DNA of 64,000 bases from Octopus sinensis (lineage: Eukaryota), in the NCBI RefSeq assembly GCF_006345805.1, contig NC_043010.1:66464001-66528000 (forward strand), written 5' to 3'. Below, piece by piece: positions 61,330 to 64,000 of the stretch. Positions within the stretch are counted from its first letter, which is position 1. Each line of letters opens with the position of its first letter. Below the pieces are notes generated by a model that had not been told where the DNA came from, searched no databases, and worked only from the letters and a program-made list of their open reading frames with translations. The position numbers and the translations under genes were made by a program.

Positions 61330-62624
61330 TTGTATTTGGGATTAAAATAAAAGCAGGCAGACCTAGATGAAAGGCATTCTGTGTGTTGATGATTCTCTGT
61401 TATAGGTGGGAGAGAAGGACTTGCACACAACTAAGTGTAAATTTGTATGTATGTATGTGAAGGCACCTGGTTCAGTGGTTGGTGTCAGGCTCACAATCAT
61501 GAGGTAGTGAGTTCGATTCCTGGACCTGGCTTGGCTGTGTGTTGTATTCTTGAGCAAGCCACTTTATTTTATGTTGCTCCAGTTCACTCAGCTGAGCTGT
61601 AGAAATGATTTGTGATGTCACAGGTGCCAAGCTGTATCAACCTTTGCTTTTCCCTTGGATAAAATTGGTGGTGTGGAGAGGGGAGGCTGGTATGCATGGC
61701 CGACTGCTCGTCTTCCATAAACAAACTTTCCTGGACTTGTGCTTCATAGAGTAAGTTCATAAAGTGCAATCCCATGGCCAGTCATGACCGAAAGGGATTT
61801 TTACTCTATGTGTGTGTGTGTTTGACAAGAGGAGGACTAAGGAAAAGTGAATGGAATGAGGTGGTATGGGCATGTGTTGAGGAGGGATGATGAGCATGTT
61901 CTTAGGAGGGTGATTGCATTTGAGGTAAATGGAGTGTGAAAGTGAGGTAGACCAAGAAAAATGTGGAGGGGACAGGTGGAGGAGGAGATTGGGAGGGCTG
62001 GTTTGAAAAAGGAAAGCACCCAAAACCGGGTTTCTTTCAGTTTCTGTCTACCAAATCCACTCACAAGGCTTTGGTTGGCCCAAGGCTATAGTAGAAGACA
62101 CTTGCCCAAGGTGCCACACTGAGGGACTGAACCTGGAACCATGTGGTTGGTTAGCAAGCTACTTACCATACAGCCACTCCTGTGCCTATATGTGTATGTC
62201 TATGTTTGTGTGCCGATGTTGGTGTGTCTATGTCTCTGTAACTCAGCAGTTCAGCAAAGAGACCGATAGAATAAGTACTAGGCTTCCAAAGAATAAGTCC
62301 TGGGGTCAATTTGTTCGATTAAAGATGGTGCTCCAGCATGGCTACAGTCAAATGACTGAAACAAATAAAAGAATACATCGTTATATACATACACATAGGT
62401 ATATGACAAGCTTCTGCTAGATTCACTGATAAAGCATCAGTTGGCCCAGGGCTGTAGCAGAAGACACTTGCCCCAGGCGTTGCACAGTGAAACTGATAAT
62501 AATAATGTGGTTGCATGCATTACAGTATAGGCTAAATGAATTTTATCAGGCCATTGGTACTCAGCAGCAGAGTTGATGCCAGTGCTGGTGCTACATAAAA
62601 AGCAATTGTGCTTGTATCACTTAA

Positions 62625-62870
62625 CCCATTCATGCCGATCGTCCGTTTAAATTGACCCTTAATTTACAAGGGTATGAAACAAATACTTGATATAAATTGT
62701 GATTCGTGTATGATCTGTATCAAAGAATGAAACATGTTCTTTACGTGTATGCAGTCTGTATCAAACGGATTTCAATGAAGTTTTTTGCGGTTGCTATTTA
62801 AGTCAAAATAATTGTATCTGTAAATTTTCAGGCAATTTCATCCACGAGAAAAATTTCGGTACGAATGGAT
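62625..62870. mobile_element. piggyBac-like MITE nested in an RTE-3'UTR repeat
   Basis: TTAA|CCCATTCATGCCGA ... TCGGTACGAATGGA(T)TA. Confidence 0.45.
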
Positions 62871-63325
62871 TACACTGTGTGGAGTGGTTGGCGTTAGGAA
62901 GGGCATCCAGCCTTAGAAACCATGTCAGAACAGACAATGGAGCTTGGCGCAGCCCCTGGTTTTGCCTGCTCCAATCAAACCATCCAACCCATGCCAGCAT
63001 GGTAAACACACGTTAAATTATGATGATGATTGATACTAGATACTGTGTTTGTTAGGACTAAAATCTCTTATGTACTCTGCATTAGTTTCTGTTCGAAGTT
63101 ACTGTTCTGCTACATGGGTTGCCTTCTCTGCAACTTACAGTGTCCATGTTTCTTTCATTTCTTCATCGTTTGGCTTCCCCTCTGCCCTAGTAGCAAATAC
63201 TTGACAACAGGGGATGGATGCATTTTATCAAGTACTAAACAAAATGGACCCAGTACTAGAGAAGGCACCCCTCTATCCTGCACCATTTGGATTTTGTTCA
63301 GCTATTTCTCTCCTCTACATATGTA

Positions 63326-63539
63326 CGAGGGGCTGCTGAAAGGTCCCTGGTTTTGGGTAAAAGAAAATAGAGGAGGATCAGTTAATTATGATTTTATTGA
63401 ACATATTCCCTTCTCAGATTCACACACTCGTCTTGATCCTTCAGTTTTTCTAAACCCTGTAAAAAAACTCGAAAGGTTTGGCCTCCAACCAGGCCTTTCA
63501 TGATAACCTTAAAGCCAGGAACTTTTCAGCACCCCTTCG
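63326..63539. mobile_element. mariner-type MITE
   Basis: TA|CGAGGGGCTGCTGAAAGGTCCCTGG ... CCAGGAACTTTTCAGCACCCCTTCG|TA. Confidence 0.8.
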
Positions 63540-63594
63540 TATTTATGCCTACGACTATATGTGTAATTAATTTTCTGTTTTATTTGTTTTCTAG

Positions 63595-63862
63595 TTCTGT
63601 GAGCAAGTTAGTCAACACATTGAAAAGCTATCTTTCGATGCTCAAGACAGAGACCTTGATGTCATTGAAAAGCTGACCCGTGAATGTGCCCGTGACGAGA
63701 ACAATATCCAGCAAGTTATTAAGGTTATCTACAACAAGAGTTTAGTTGACTTAGATTTTGCTCGTACAGGAGTTATGATTTGTGATCGACTCTCCAAAAT
63801 TGATGGTGATGGGCTTAAATACCGCACACACTTGTTAAATCTTTTACAGAATGACTTCACAG
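63595..63862 (+). CDS. CTIF/MIF4GD-family MIF4G domain exon (gene continues past the window)
   Basis: Acceptor tttgttttctag. Reads FCEQVSQHIEKLSFDAQDRDLDVIEKLTRECARDENNIQQVIKVIYNKSLVDLDFARTGVMICDRLSKIDGDGLKYRTHLLNLLQNDFT, which aligns by eye to human CTIF IVRTIYQKAVSDRSFAFTAAKLCDKMALFMVEGTKFRSLLLNMLQKDFT. Donor GTGAGT. Confidence 0.88.
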
Positions 63863-64000
63863 GTGAGTTAGTTTGCTTATTTCTTTAGCTGGCAGAGACG
63901 TTAGCAAGCTGGGCGAAATGCTTTGTGTTATTTCGTCCGCTGCTGCGTTCTGAGTTCAAATTCCGCCGAGGTCGACTTTGCCTTTCATCCTTTCGGGGTC

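Noticed and set aside
24596-61540. tRNA genes
   Set aside because: All A-box/B-box segments continue directly into SINE bodies and lack a complete cloverleaf and terminator, so they are SINE heads.
63030-63503. 157-aa plus-strand ORF upstream of the MIF4G exon
   Set aside because: It runs through a mariner MITE, has no protein similarity I recognise, and has no compatible splice sites.

Overview
Eukaryotic, repeat-saturated animal DNA. The SINE, MITE and microsatellite landscape looks like an octopus (coleoid cephalopod) genome; this is an inference from recognised repeat families. I reconstructed two protein-coding genes by hand, both on the + strand. (1) A complete 7-exon ADP-ribosylhydrolase ARH3 (ADPRS/ADPRHL2), 22905-44124, 1068-nt CDS, 355 aa, with all splice phases compatible and catalytic residues intact. 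(2) The first two detectable coding exons of a CTIF/MIF4GD(SLIP1)-family MIF4G protein (49925-50161, 63595-63862), continuing past the window. A textbook minus-strand Pol II promoter (E-box, CCAAT, ETS, TATA at about 11.2 kb) precedes two tiny putative non-coding exons of an unidentified gene. The rest is tRNA-derived SINEs (at least four families), LINE remnants (RTE, CR1, R4/Dong-like), Tc1/mariner and maT relics, hAT, Merlin-like, piggyBac, pogo and mariner MITEs, non-autonomous Helitrons and microsatellites. The most striking unannotated signal is five unrelated repeat families that each carry a minimal type-I hammerhead ribozyme motif. All have a self-complementary helix III and an extra nucleotide after A9, and the 3-8 core pair appears as C-G, U-A and G-C. 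Two of these families sit at the centre of long palindromes and one is fused to a tRNA-SINE head. All folds were done by eye and are untested. Most supplied ORFs are microsatellite artefacts. Repeat boundaries are approximate unless a TSD or terminus is quoted.
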